Assembly: GCA_002430735.1 (NCBI GenBank)
Contig: DJCV01000008.1
Coordinates: 3,111 to 67,110 of the forward strand
DNA from: Candidatus Woesebacteria bacterium UBA5941
Lineage (GTDB): Bacteria > Patescibacteriota > Microgenomatia > UBA8517
Direction: 5' to 3'
DNA length: 64,000 bases
The translations under genes were made by a program, and so were the position numbers. The notes beneath the pieces are model-generated. The model saw only the letters and a list, made by a program, of their open reading frames with translations. It was not told where the DNA came from and did not search any database. Shown here piece after piece: positions 19,146-29,831 of the stretch; the stretch's first letter is position 1; each line of letters begins with the position of its first letter.

Positions 19146-20793
19146 ACAATTCAAATGCAGGGGACGAGTCCAGGAATTGCACAGTTTTGACCTTTTGCCA
19201 ATCGCGTGGAGCATTTCCTGGACTGGTTATTAGCAAACAACGAAGTGGACCACAATCAACTTGTTTTTCGGATTCAGTTATAAAAACATGTCCTTCTTTT
19301 GGAATTTCCCAGTCATTGACAAAAACATACTGTCCAAATGTGTCAACCCACCACCAGTTAGATTGAGTATATCGCATTAGGTTACTATCCGATTGGTAGC
19401 TGCGAGGGTCTAGCCCTGAATAAAACAGAACAAACTCGTGTGGTTCACCATATTTCTTTGTCACAATTATCCGGTCATACATACCCTTATTCTCTTCTGC
19501 ATATTGAACAATCTCTTTATATCCATACTGCCAAGTCCACGAATAATCCTCACGGTATTGTCCAAAATACTGGTTTAGATACTGCCCTAACAAAAAGATA
19601 TTTATAACAATAAAAACTAGAACCATAAATTGCTGTACACGAAGATTTGCGCGTATATAGGTAAAGAAAGAAAATAGTCCTAATGCGACCAGTATTTCAG
19701 GAAGCGGAAGTAATGAAGTTGAACGAAGTACTGCAAACCGCTCTGTGGTAATAGCTGCAGGTATAGGAGCAAGTAAGAACCAAGCGAAAATCAGCTGATA
19801 TGCTTTGTCTCTAGAAATGAGTGCTCGTTTTCCAACAATATATAACCCTAAATAGAGAAACGGTAAAGAGATAACATATAACAAACCCTGGTTAGGTACA
19901 CTAAATTGATATTGGGTTCCTCCGTTTAAGAATAAATAGTGAGGGCTCATGTAATCAATGTAGTGAAGAGATGCTTTCTTTAGGACATACACGGGTCTGT
20001 TATATAACAATTTAGAAGCAAGCGGTGGTAAGGTTGATTGATTTCGCAGTTCCTCAATTTCTGATACTACGCCAGGATTTACAATAAATACCTCCTGAGA
20101 GCGGGCTCGTGCGTCTGGATTCAATAATATAAAGGGCAGTGGAACAAAGAAAATGACAATAATAAAAATATTCAGTTTCCTTCGAAATTCTTTCCAATAC
20201 AACATGACTAAGACAACCAGCAATAGTGGAGAGAAAATTCGCGTCGTGTGATACGAAAACAGTGTAAGCCCAAGACAAAACAAGGAAGCGGGAACAAACC
20301 ACTTGCTGCGTGCTCTATTAATAAACAATGCCATCGCAGTTACTAAGAAGAAAATGGAAACGTTACTTTGCAATACAAACCGTGAAGTGAATAAATACCA
20401 GGGATGGATTGCAACTAAAAACGCCGCAACAGTACTCATTCCTTTTCTCTTTGTGAGCCCAAGCGTAAGGAAGTAAGTTGCGATAATTGTTCCGACACCA
20501 AGCAACGCATGTGGAATTCTTATTCCAATTTCATTGAGTCCAAAAAGTGAGATGAATGGAATAGTAATATAGAGATTCAAAGGAAGCGGATAATCTCCAT
20601 ACGCCCGAAAGTTAGTGACTGGAAACGTTTGGCCCCACTCGTCCGCTCCTGTTCGAAGGATAGAAAAAGCGTTATACCCGTGAGAAACTTCATCCCAGTT
20701 TAACGCAGGAGGATTTGAATCGATTTTATACAAACGAAGAAAGGCTCCACCGAGCACAACCACAAGTAACGAAATCCACCAGAGTTTTTTCAT
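19132..20793 (-). CDS. GT-C membrane glycosyltransferase, ArnT/PMT-like
   Basis: LRLYKIDSNPPALNWDEVSHGYNAFSIL motif. The start MKKLWW makes an ATGA overlap with the upstream gene. Confidence 0.75.
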   Translation of the reverse strand: MKKLWWISLLVVVLGGAFLRLYKIDSNPPALNWDEVSHGYNAFSILRTGADEWGQTFPVTNFRAYGDYPLPLNLYITIPFISLFGLNEIGIRIPHALLGVGTIIATYFLTLGLTKRKGMSTVAAFLVAIHPWYLFTSRFVLQSNVSIFFLVTAMALFINRARSKWFVPASLFCLGLTLFSYHTTRIFSPLLLVVLVMLYWKEFRRKLNIFIIVIFFVPLPFILLNPDARARSQEVFIVNPGVVSEIEELRNQSTLPPLASKLLYNRPVYVLKKASLHYIDYMSPHYLFLNGGTQYQFSVPNQGLLYVISLPFLYLGLYIVGKRALISRDKAYQLIFAWFLLAPIPAAITTERFAVLRSTSLLPLPEILVALGLFSFFTYIRANLRVQQFMVLVFIVINIFLLGQYLNQYFGQYREDYSWTWQYGYKEIVQYAEENKGMYDRIIVTKKYGEPHEFVLFYSGLDPRSYQSDSNLMRYTQSNWWWVDTFGQYVFVNDWEIPKEGHVFITESEKQVDCGPLRCLLITSPGNAPRDWQKVKTVQFLDSSPAFELYEHK

Positions 20794-22436
20794 AAATGTT
20801 TCTTTTTTTTGTTCACAAAGAGAAATGCCAAAAATGTGCACATGCTCGCCAAAGATACTATTTCACCGGCAACTCGAACAGGAGTACGAGTAAATACGAG
20901 CCGCACCGTATGAGATCCCTCACTAATGGTACTTGAGATCATACCATTCACATCAGGGGTAATTGAAATCTCCTCGTCCTGGCCCAGGTATGCTCTCCAG
21001 CCAGGAAAGTATGCAACAGGAAAAGAAACAACTCCTGAAGTTGTATTTGTAACTTCGTACTGTTGCATCTGGGAGCCTTTCTCGATCAATCGAGTATTAG
21101 CAGGAACTGTCATGTATTCAGTCGGTATTGGTCCATACTTCGGCCAGTAGTCACCAATTGATGCTCGTGATTGATCAACCCACCGTTCGCCCGACTGAAG
21201 TTCACGATCCGATGCTGATATCCAGTAGTCCTCTTTAAAAAACGGTGCGTTTAACCCTATTACAAGGGTAAGAATTGAAGCGGCAAATACAAATTTACTT
21301 CGTAGGGTATTAAAGGTACTTACTAAAAAACCGCCCGCGAACGAGAATGAAAATAATGCAATTCCTAAAAATCGCCAGGGGAATTGAATATATTGAGAAA
21401 CACTTGCAGTCATTTCCCAAAGCGGAGTTGATTTATTATGCATCAGAAGCAAGTATAAAAATCCGCTGCCCACCAGGAATAAAACGCTTAAAAGGTTCGT
21501 AGATACTCTCCGTTTTTTCCATAGCAAAACCATTGCATACACACCAGTAATAAGCGACATACTCCATTGAACAGGTCCAATAGCGAGACTTAGCCCATCT
21601 TCAGATCCCCACGTTGACCCACCATACCCCCAAAATCGCGAGAGAAAAATTTGCTCGAGGGTTACAAAGTGGGCTCTAAAATTAAAATAACCTTCAGTGG
21701 TTGTTTGCAAGTTCACAAATGAAGATTCTGTAATGACTGGTAACAAATAAAAACTGGCAAGCCCAACAGATAAGACTGATGCAATACAGATAGGAAGTAG
21801 TAGCCTTAATTTATGATGAATGAAAAGCCGCAGCAGAATCCACAAGGATATCGTCATCGAAAATAAAAGGACAGAGAGGTTATGGGTAAGCAAGAGTGCT
21901 GAAAGGGAGATAGAAAATCCCACGAGCCATTGTTTTTGTTCTTTTTGAATATACTTCTCAAAACAAAATAGAATGAGCGGGAGGATTATAAATGCAAACG
22001 ATTCAGGCAAGGCGCCTCGAACCCACACATTAACAGCTCGATACGGAGCATACAGGTACAGAATGGATGAGAGAACCCCTGCCCAATCGCTCTTCCAAAC
22101 AGTACGTGACAGCAGGTACATCGCAAACGCTGAACCAATAAGTGAAAACCCGAATACAAATTTTAGGGAGCTCACAACAGAGATACCAAGATTTGCAAGT
22201 ATCCCACCTAATAAAAATGGGATGTGCGAATAGAAGTTGAAGACTGGCTCACCATACCCTAATCCTGCGTTTGCAGCCCATCTACAAGGAAACTGCCCAT
22301 CTGAAATACACCTTGCATATTCAACCATACGAAAATACGGGAAATCTTGCATTGAGTAAATGCCTGAAGGAAGCATGCGAACTACAGCGGGTAAACTTAT
22401 GATCAGAATGAGTAAGAGAATGTATTTTTGCTTCAT
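20790..22436 (-). CDS. large polytopic membrane protein, paralog of 35802-37535; tentatively PTPS-related membrane protein family / GT-C-like
   Basis: It shares an N-terminal block with the paralog: F..M.D...RM.E..C..DGQ.PCRW....GYGYP.FNFY..LPY. About 12 transmembrane helices, then a C-terminal roughly 120 aa soluble domain. Confidence 0.5.
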   Translation of the reverse strand: MKQKYILLLILIISLPAVVRMLPSGIYSMQDFPYFRMVEYARCISDGQFPCRWAANAGLGYGEPVFNFYSHIPFLLGGILANLGISVVSSLKFVFGFSLIGSAFAMYLLSRTVWKSDWAGVLSSILYLYAPYRAVNVWVRGALPESFAFIILPLILFCFEKYIQKEQKQWLVGFSISLSALLLTHNLSVLLFSMTISLWILLRLFIHHKLRLLLPICIASVLSVGLASFYLLPVITESSFVNLQTTTEGYFNFRAHFVTLEQIFLSRFWGYGGSTWGSEDGLSLAIGPVQWSMSLITGVYAMVLLWKKRRVSTNLLSVLFLVGSGFLYLLLMHNKSTPLWEMTASVSQYIQFPWRFLGIALFSFSFAGGFLVSTFNTLRSKFVFAASILTLVIGLNAPFFKEDYWISASDRELQSGERWVDQSRASIGDYWPKYGPIPTEYMTVPANTRLIEKGSQMQQYEVTNTTSGVVSFPVAYFPGWRAYLGQDEEISITPDVNGMISSTISEGSHTVRLVFTRTPVRVAGEIVSLASMCTFLAFLFVNKKKKHL

Positions 22437-22437
22437 A

Positions 22438-24084
22438 TCAGTGAATTGAGCTTACGCCGATATATGCTTTATCTCCAGCGGTAGAAAATACTACAAAGTC
22501 TGCTTTGGTTGATGGAGGGAATTCATTTGGCAAGCCTACAACGAGAGTACTTGCACGATCCAAATCTGCAACCCAGTCAATCGTTTTAAAGGTAAATTTA
22601 TTGAGTTTATATACCGGCAATTGATCTACCCACGTAAAGTCTGTCCCTTCAAATGACCACTGCGCACTCGCCTTTTGGTACTCTGTTGGATCGATTTTGT
22701 TGTAGAACGCTGCAAAGATGTGTGGCTCAGAGATTTTTTTCGAGATAATAACTGGCCTTCCGTTTGCGTACTGATTGATTTTTGAATACAACTCCTCTTG
22801 CCCATAGATCATGGCACGGGCTTCTTTAATTGGCTGTACATACCAATAATGGATAAAGAACGAAAATGAAGCGAAAAATTGGAGAACTAGAAACCCGCCG
22901 ATGACCTGCTTCTTTGTAAAATACTTATAGAAATAATGCAAAAAATAGGCTGCTCCGAAGGCCGCGCAAATCTGAATCGCAGGTAATATAACGGCAGCTC
23001 TATTCGCAGCAGCGCCTGTTCCAATTGAAAGCGCTGCTGGAATTGGTGCGACAAACAACCAGAAAAATAGCCAAGTTGGCCTGCGATGGGAGCGAATATA
23101 CCACACAATAAAAGCAATAATAAAAATTGCATCGAAGACATAAATCACACCTAACCCATTCATCATTCCATATGTCCCCTCAATTGGTCCTTGAGTGAAT
23201 AAAAACTGCGGCGAGAAATAGCTCAGATAATTGCTAAAAAATCGCTCAATAACAAAAAGATATTTGTTGTAGAAAAAATAACCTAAGGCAGTAGGCATCC
23301 CATACTGTATGTACAAATATCTTTCATCCCCTGCCTGACTACCAAGCGCAAAAATCGAAGAATTCGTAAGTCTAACGCCGGCTCCCACCTTAAACGAATA
23401 AATTGAAACAATAAACACAATAACTGAGACAATTGCTGCTAAAACAAGAGGGGTTTTCTTCATATGAGGTTTCAGTTGCGCCCTATACTCCCACAATAAA
23501 AATAAGCCAACGAGTGGTGTAATTAACCGAGCGGAATGGTATGTAAATAGGTTTATTCCAAACACTACTGCTGAAAAAACAAGGAACCACGGCCGCTTTA
23601 TGCCTTTCAAAAAGAGTAAAATACCCAGGGGCAAAAAAAGCACTGTGAGATTCGCTTCAAATGCTCCCCTACTTAATGGAAGATGCCACGGTGAAAGCGC
23701 TAAGAATAAACTTCCCAAAAGCGCAACATTTTTTCTGTTTTTAGAAATTTCAAACGGAATTTCACGAATTAAGAAATACACGACCAAGACTGCAAATGCT
23801 CCAATGATTGCACTGGGTAATCGTGTTGCAAAAGGTGTTAACCCAAATAGTGCAACCGAAGGCATTGCAAGATAGGTATAAAGCGGCATTTTGTAATCTC
23901 CAAACGACTTAAAAACCATCGGGTACACAGTTCCCCACTGGTCTTTTCCGGTTTGTAGTAGAGAGTACGCATCGTAGCCAAAAGAAGCTTCATCTGGTGT
24001 AAAACCAGCAGGATGATGAGGTAAATCTATCACTCGAAGGCATAACGCAATCAGAAAAACACCTACGAGCAAATACTTGTGCAT
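22438..24084 (-). CDS. GT-C membrane glycosyltransferase, ArnT/PMT-like
   Basis: LRVIDLPHHPAGFTPDEASFGYDAYSLL motif. Confidence 0.8.
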   Translation of the reverse strand: MHKYLLVGVFLIALCLRVIDLPHHPAGFTPDEASFGYDAYSLLQTGKDQWGTVYPMVFKSFGDYKMPLYTYLAMPSVALFGLTPFATRLPSAIIGAFAVLVVYFLIREIPFEISKNRKNVALLGSLFLALSPWHLPLSRGAFEANLTVLFLPLGILLFLKGIKRPWFLVFSAVVFGINLFTYHSARLITPLVGLFLLWEYRAQLKPHMKKTPLVLAAIVSVIVFIVSIYSFKVGAGVRLTNSSIFALGSQAGDERYLYIQYGMPTALGYFFYNKYLFVIERFFSNYLSYFSPQFLFTQGPIEGTYGMMNGLGVIYVFDAIFIIAFIVWYIRSHRRPTWLFFWLFVAPIPAALSIGTGAAANRAAVILPAIQICAAFGAAYFLHYFYKYFTKKQVIGGFLVLQFFASFSFFIHYWYVQPIKEARAMIYGQEELYSKINQYANGRPVIISKKISEPHIFAAFYNKIDPTEYQKASAQWSFEGTDFTWVDQLPVYKLNKFTFKTIDWVADLDRASTLVVGLPNEFPPSTKADFVVFSTAGDKAYIGVSSIH

Positions 24085-24093
24085 GTTAAATTA

Positions 24094-25344
24094 TTATACC
24101 GAATTTACGTACTTTTTGAGAATATATACAAATATGCCTACGTTTAGAATCGAGAGCCAAATCATTAACGATGGATTCAAAAACGCGTTTTCAAGAAGTG
24201 CATTACCAGGCGCCCAAAACAGATGATACAAATTCATAAGGTGTGCAATTGAAAGAACTAAATATGGTATCCACAACCACTTAAATTTCGATAACGCAAT
24301 AGTTGCAAGGGGGAAGAATGGATATAAGTATCGCTCGTGAATGCGTGTCATCAACATAAAGGATGTGAGGGCAATAATCGCAAGCGGGAGAAACAGACGA
24401 GGACTTTTTTGACGGTAAAATGTCTTTATTAAAATAAGGAGATATATGAGAAGTGTCCACAGTATCCCCCAAACACGTGCCGGCAGGCCAATAAAAACAT
24501 GTGAGTCTAGTGTTTTCCCGGGATCAACTAGCCACCACACGTTAAACGCATTTGCTGTTAGACTTCCTATTTCACCAGGGAGGAACCGTTCTGTATAGAG
24601 ATTGAAAAACCAAACTAACACATCACCTTGCGGATGAAACAGAATAGTAACAAACAAAAAGGTCAGTAAACCCACCCCTGCAGCATGCATCCATTGTTTC
24701 AGTGGATACTTCTGAACATATATGTATACCGTGAGGAACGGAAGAAATATAAGCAGTGATCCTTTAAAGAGAATACTAAGCGTAATAAAAAAGCTAAAGG
24801 ACAGGAGTCTTCGGTTAGCAAGTGATACCAATGCAAACAAACCAAGCATATTCACAATTCCATCTGTGCCACCCCATATTGCGCTGTTATACCAAGTCAT
24901 CGGATTGAACATCCAGACTGCAGAAAGGAGCAGTCCTTTTTTTCCACCAACAAAGCGATAAACCACATATGCAATACCAAGATCCGCAATGATTCCTGGA
25001 ATCTTTGCTATATACAGCTCTCCCCACTGTTCAAACCACCAAACGATTGGTGATGGGAAAACAGGTAAGGCTTGGTTAAGTGAATGAATAACTGAGTACG
25101 CTGTATTTTGAATTACTGAAGTTGCTCCAAATACCCAAATGTAAAGTGGTGGTTGGTTAGGTGCTGAAAATGGCCATTCTTCATGTTCGTAGAAATTCGC
25201 CGGTCCACGTGTTAACAGTTCTTGTCCCCACGAGATGTTGTTATTTAGATCTCCGTGTCGAGCAACTGGAATGAGGAAAACCCTAAGCAGCAACCCTGCA
25301 ATTAAAACCAGTAAAAGTGTTTTTTTATGGCTGAACTTGAGCAT
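24094..25344 (-). CDS. polytopic membrane protein, putative GT-C/DUF2029-like glycosyltransferase
   Basis: About 415 aa and polytopic, with aromatic-rich periplasmic loops. The start is uncertain: the TTG at 25386 and the ATG at 25344 both overlap the upstream gene. Confidence 0.4.
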   Translation of the reverse strand: MLKFSHKKTLLLVLIAGLLLRVFLIPVARHGDLNNNISWGQELLTRGPANFYEHEEWPFSAPNQPPLYIWVFGATSVIQNTAYSVIHSLNQALPVFPSPIVWWFEQWGELYIAKIPGIIADLGIAYVVYRFVGGKKGLLLSAVWMFNPMTWYNSAIWGGTDGIVNMLGLFALVSLANRRLLSFSFFITLSILFKGSLLIFLPFLTVYIYVQKYPLKQWMHAAGVGLLTFLFVTILFHPQGDVLVWFFNLYTERFLPGEIGSLTANAFNVWWLVDPGKTLDSHVFIGLPARVWGILWTLLIYLLILIKTFYRQKSPRLFLPLAIIALTSFMLMTRIHERYLYPFFPLATIALSKFKWLWIPYLVLSIAHLMNLYHLFWAPGNALLENAFLNPSLMIWLSILNVGIFVYILKKYVNSV

Positions 25345-27064
25345 GGGTGAAGAGATAAAACGCTGGCTCACCAGATGGATATGCAATAGACTTGATAAGC
25401 CTCAGATCTCCAGGAGTCCTGTGTGGTTCAGTAATTAAATTCACATTAACCTCCTTTGCGCTCGCTATATATAACGTCTTTGTATCTAAGATCTTCCCCC
25501 AGTCGTATAATCCCATTTTGTCAGCAGGTTTTCCGAAGTAATATTTATCGATATAACTCACCTTCCCAAAACCAGGAAGATCGGTTTCTGAGAAAGGATA
25601 TCCTTTGTGCCATGTAGCAGGATCAAATTCAGACCACGCTGCGAAAAATATCCACGGCGGTTCATCTGCTGAAGTTATGACAACACGATCAAACTGATTT
25701 TCAATTTTTTTCATTTCAGAAATTGCAGGTCCCCAGCCGTAATGCCACCATCGCTCACTTTGATACGGATTGTGTATCCAAAATGTGTGTTGGTAAAACG
25801 CAAACGAGAACACGTATCCTATTGCCACGACACCAATGAGCACTGATCTTAAGAGGATGTTTTTTTGTTCAATTAAAGTAACGATCCCAACCGCAATTAA
25901 AAAAATTAATGGAGCCATTAGGAGAATTAATCGTGTCGCATGATCCCCTCCGTCTCTTGTTAATGAAGACGGAAAAACAGAAAGCAGGATCCATCCTGCA
26001 ATTAACCATTTCCTTTTGGTTACTCCTGGGATAAGAAAAAAACTTAATCCAAAAACAAGAAATGCAAATTCTAAGCGGTAGAATTGACCCATTTTGTCAA
26101 TGGAATGTCTCGGATTCGGATCGCCATTAAGAAAGAGAAAGCTTGTCGAAAATGGCATAAGAGCATTCCGCATCACAATGTCTCCCACGTATGTAAATTT
26201 GTTATGGAAGAGGCGATCAACAATCGTAGGTGATAACCCAGTTCCTGTTTCTCCACGAGAGAAGGCATCTTCTCCTCTCAATGTGCCAACTTCTGGTTCA
26301 ATCGTTGGATCTGAAAAGACGCTGATATAGTTAAACCGCTGCGTTCCGCCTCCGAAAACAGTACTCCACGCGATGGGAGCACCTACTACAAAAAGTGCGA
26401 TGCATCCGTACACAAGCGTCTTTCTCGGCAATCGTAAAAAGTCTTTCAAATAAATAGCGACGAGCAAAACCAAAAACATTGGGGTAAACAATTTAGCAGT
26501 GCTATAAATCCATGGCATAAGCGCAAATGAAATGCCAGAAACCCACAAGAGGTTCTCTTTTGTCCTAAAGGTACGAAGCAGCATGTAAATACCAACAAAC
26601 AAACAAAAAAGCATTTCAGTTACCTCAAACGCTGCGCGGCTGTATTGAATGTGCCAAGGGGAAATTGCAAGCAAAAATGCTCCTAGTAACGATATGAGTG
26701 TTTGCCGCTTCTTTAATTTTTCTCCAACTGTTAATTCCTTGAGTAAAAAGTAAAATGCTGGAATAGCTAAAATTCCGAATAAGGCTGCAGGTAATCTCAC
26801 CCCTAAAGGAGAAATACCAAACAGCATAACCGTTGGAGCTGCACTGTATAAATAAAGTGGGGTTCTCCACTCAGCAAGACTCTGAAAATGTGAAGGCCAC
26901 TGATTCCCTGAGTAATCTTTTCCTGTCTTTAGTATCGAGTAGGCGTGGTATCCAACATCAAGCTCATCACCAAATAAAGATACTGGAACTTCAGATAATC
27001 GATAGAGACGAAGAAAGCTTCCGAGAAGCGTGATAATAACTAAGACAAGAATGGAACGCCTCAT
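25325..27064 (-). CDS. GT-C membrane glycosyltransferase, ArnT/PMT-like
   Basis: LRLYRLSEVPVSLFGDELDVGYHAYSIL motif. The start MRRSIL makes an ATGA overlap with the upstream GT2. Confidence 0.8.
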   Translation of the reverse strand: MRRSILVLVIITLLGSFLRLYRLSEVPVSLFGDELDVGYHAYSILKTGKDYSGNQWPSHFQSLAEWRTPLYLYSAAPTVMLFGISPLGVRLPAALFGILAIPAFYFLLKELTVGEKLKKRQTLISLLGAFLLAISPWHIQYSRAAFEVTEMLFCLFVGIYMLLRTFRTKENLLWVSGISFALMPWIYSTAKLFTPMFLVLLVAIYLKDFLRLPRKTLVYGCIALFVVGAPIAWSTVFGGGTQRFNYISVFSDPTIEPEVGTLRGEDAFSRGETGTGLSPTIVDRLFHNKFTYVGDIVMRNALMPFSTSFLFLNGDPNPRHSIDKMGQFYRLEFAFLVFGLSFFLIPGVTKRKWLIAGWILLSVFPSSLTRDGGDHATRLILLMAPLIFLIAVGIVTLIEQKNILLRSVLIGVVAIGYVFSFAFYQHTFWIHNPYQSERWWHYGWGPAISEMKKIENQFDRVVITSADEPPWIFFAAWSEFDPATWHKGYPFSETDLPGFGKVSYIDKYYFGKPADKMGLYDWGKILDTKTLYIASAKEVNVNLITEPHRTPGDLRLIKSIAYPSGEPAFYLFTHAQVQP

Positions 27065-27852
27065 TGAAAAGACCTTTGAATTTTTTGCCCGCTCCATAGG
27101 ATGAATGTGTATAGATAGTATCGCACACTTCCAAAGTATTTTTTGCTTGAGTCGATTAAGAGCCTGTTTACACCACCTTTGCCGCTTGCACCATGAATAT
27201 GAACGATGGTAATTGAGGGAACATAATAGACATGTAAGCCTGCCTTGTTTACGCGTTTACAATATTCTAAATCTTCAAAGTACATAAAGAACGTTTCGTT
27301 TAATAAACCAACCTTTTTGCGTGTCTCAGGAGTAATAAGAATTGCGGCTGCAACTACCGACTCTACTACAACTTCAGTTTCAGTTTCGGGATAATACTTA
27401 TCGAGAATACCCGCTTGTCCCAGCCAATATTGTTTAACCGCTCGTGTGATTGTTGGAAGACGGAAGCATGAGGCTTGGATCGTTTTATCTACATTTAGCA
27501 ATCGAGGAGCAACAAGTCCTGCATCAGGGTGGGATTGAGCAAACGAAACCAACTGAGACAATGCAGTATTAAGTATCTTTGTGTCAGAATTCAACAATAA
27601 AATATACGAACCCCTAGACTTCTGAATTCCTTTGTTGTTTGCTTTTGCAAAACCGAGGTTTTTTTTGTTAATTAATACTTTGGTGTTTTTATATTTTTTA
27701 CGCTGTATTGCATCTACCGTTCCATCAGTAGATCCGTTGTCTACGACAATCACTTCATATGAAAACGATGGTTTGTTTCTTTCAATTGAATCAAGGCACT
27801 GCACGGTCAGCCGCTTTGTGTTGTAACTCACAATAATAATGGAGAGCGTCAT
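27061..27852 (-). CDS. GT2 family glycosyltransferase
   Basis: LSIIIVSYNTKRL...VIVVDNGSTDGT...LLLNSDT. Confidence 0.85.
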   Translation of the reverse strand: MTLSIIIVSYNTKRLTVQCLDSIERNKPSFSYEVIVVDNGSTDGTVDAIQRKKYKNTKVLINKKNLGFAKANNKGIQKSRGSYILLLNSDTKILNTALSQLVSFAQSHPDAGLVAPRLLNVDKTIQASCFRLPTITRAVKQYWLGQAGILDKYYPETETEVVVESVVAAAILITPETRKKVGLLNETFFMYFEDLEYCKRVNKAGLHVYYVPSITIVHIHGASGKGGVNRLLIDSSKKYFGSVRYYLYTFILWSGQKIQRSFQ

Positions 27853-28748
27853 TTGTTAAACATTGCAAAAACAGCCTCGTCAGAAACTGTCGTTTCTTTC
27901 ATTTCCTTCATCCTTTTTCGTTTTACAATTTCACGCTTCTTTAACGCTAAGAGTACAATTCGGATATATCCTGGATGACGAAGTAATCGTTTTAAAACAC
28001 CTTGTATGTGTCGAGTCCACATTTTGGTACTGGTTATATTCTTCCACAAAAACAAGAGCTCATTTCGTTCTTTCATCTGATTCATATAAGTCTTTTGAAA
28101 CGCATTTGTGTTAATAGTTCCTTCATGCTCATGAGATACGAGTGCTTTTGGCTCCCATACAATGTGTAATCCTCTCTTCCAAGCACGATATCCGAGATCT
28201 ACATCTTCCCAATAAAATGGTTTCAAAAGCTCAGCGTCAAGTCCTCCAAGGTCCCACCAGAGTTTTCGACTAAACACTGCGCTTCCACCACTTGCCCATA
28301 AGGATGGCTTCGCTGTTTGTGATTCAGGGGATCCGCTATGAGCTAAGTACCCATTCTTGAACCTGCCTGTTGCAGGACCGTTTCCTTTTTCGTGCAATAC
28401 TACTGCAAATTGTTTCGGGGACTCAAAGTATTTTGTAACAGTTTCTAGGAAACGTTCAGTTGGCACAACATCAGTATTCAGTAAACAAATAAGTGTTCCT
28501 TTGGCGTGTCGAGCTCCTGTATTTACTGCTTCAGCAAATCCACGGTTGGTCTTATGGTGAATAATTCGAACTGACTTTTTGAAATGCTTGCGCAAATATT
28601 CATATGAACCATCAGTAGAGGCATCATCTACGACAATGATCTCAAGGATATTATTGCGTTTATGTTTCTTGGCAGCTATTACTGAGGGGAGATTTTTTTC
28701 GAGCAACCGAACACCATTCCAATTGGGAATAATTATTGAGGTATTCAT
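27849..28748 (-). CDS. GT2 family glycosyltransferase
   Basis: TSIIIPNWNG...IIVVDDASTDGS...CLLNTDV. Confidence 0.85.
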   Translation of the reverse strand: MNTSIIIPNWNGVRLLEKNLPSVIAAKKHKRNNILEIIVVDDASTDGSYEYLRKHFKKSVRIIHHKTNRGFAEAVNTGARHAKGTLICLLNTDVVPTERFLETVTKYFESPKQFAVVLHEKGNGPATGRFKNGYLAHSGSPESQTAKPSLWASGGSAVFSRKLWWDLGGLDAELLKPFYWEDVDLGYRAWKRGLHIVWEPKALVSHEHEGTINTNAFQKTYMNQMKERNELLFLWKNITSTKMWTRHIQGVLKRLLRHPGYIRIVLLALKKREIVKRKRMKEMKETTVSDEAVFAMFNK

Positions 28749-28797
28749 AGATATCGATATTGTACTGGAAATCGAAACAGGATCACTAAAGAGACAT

Positions 28798-29823
28798 TCA
28801 TATCAGCTTTAAAAAGTTCTTTTTAAATTGTTCATAGGAAAACTCTTTCGAGCGAACCACTGCATTCTTTGAAATCTCGCGAAGTCGCATTCGATCTAAC
28901 GTCAGCTTTTTTGTAATATTTATCATGTCTTGGGGGCTACTCCACAAAAACCCATTAACCCCATCTTCAATTATTTCTGGATGACCACCGCCGTTAAATA
29001 CCACTGGGACACACCCCGCAGCCATCGCTTCAACAACGGTCATTCCGAAATGTTCGAGTTTCTGAGGATCAGTTTTTGGGTCAACCCCATACCCTGCAGC
29101 AGACCAAAAAAAGGTGGCCTTAGAGTACATCCCTTGAATCGCGCTGAAACTTGGGTTTTCTAGTACCTCTATTGGTTCTTTTTTCGCATGCGCGCGGAGC
29201 ACATCAACTTCTTCTGTGCGACCAACGTCACTTCCACCTGCTAATAACAAACGCCAATTCCCGTACTGGTATTTATTAAACTTTAAAAAGGCGGTCAAAA
29301 GAACATCCTGTCTTTTGGATTGCTCGAGCTGGCTGAATCGACCAACGTAAAGGATGGCATTTTCCTTCTCTGAAGTTTTAAATTTAGCTACGTCTACAGG
29401 GGGATACAAAATAACGCTTTGCTTTGGAAACTCTACATCAATATATCGCTTTGTAAACGCTGAATTGACGATAACAGTGGAGATTCGAAAGAATTTCATT
29501 CGTGAGACGAGCGACCTCCCGTCAACATCTTGAAACGGTCTTTGAAAATGGAGAATATTCTTCTTGCTTCGAAGGGTCGGAATGCTTCCATCTGAAAGCC
29601 ACACACAAATATCGTATCCTTCTCCTCGATTAATGGAAGGAACGACATTTAAACCAGTCAAGGGAAATCCAAATCGTTTGGCTGCACGATCGATAAGTTT
29701 CGGATCATTTGCTTCGATGTCTACTTTCCATCCTGATTCAAGGAGTGCTCGTGCGATAGAGAGCATATAGCGTTCACCGCCTCCTAAGGTATCTAGATAT
29801 GGTGTATAAAGTGCTGCTTTCAT
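28798..29823 (-). CDS. GT4 family glycosyltransferase
   Basis: The C-terminal EHFGMTVVEAMAAGCVPVVFNGGGHPEIIEDG stretch is the GT4 signature. I chose the internal start MKAALY just downstream of the upstream stop. Confidence 0.8.
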   Translation of the reverse strand: MKAALYTPYLDTLGGGERYMLSIARALLESGWKVDIEANDPKLIDRAAKRFGFPLTGLNVVPSINRGEGYDICVWLSDGSIPTLRSKKNILHFQRPFQDVDGRSLVSRMKFFRISTVIVNSAFTKRYIDVEFPKQSVILYPPVDVAKFKTSEKENAILYVGRFSQLEQSKRQDVLLTAFLKFNKYQYGNWRLLLAGGSDVGRTEEVDVLRAHAKKEPIEVLENPSFSAIQGMYSKATFFWSAAGYGVDPKTDPQKLEHFGMTVVEAMAAGCVPVVFNGGGHPEIIEDGVNGFLWSSPQDMINITKKLTLDRMRLREISKNAVVRSKEFSYEQFKKNFLKLI

Positions 29824-29831
29824 AATGGCTC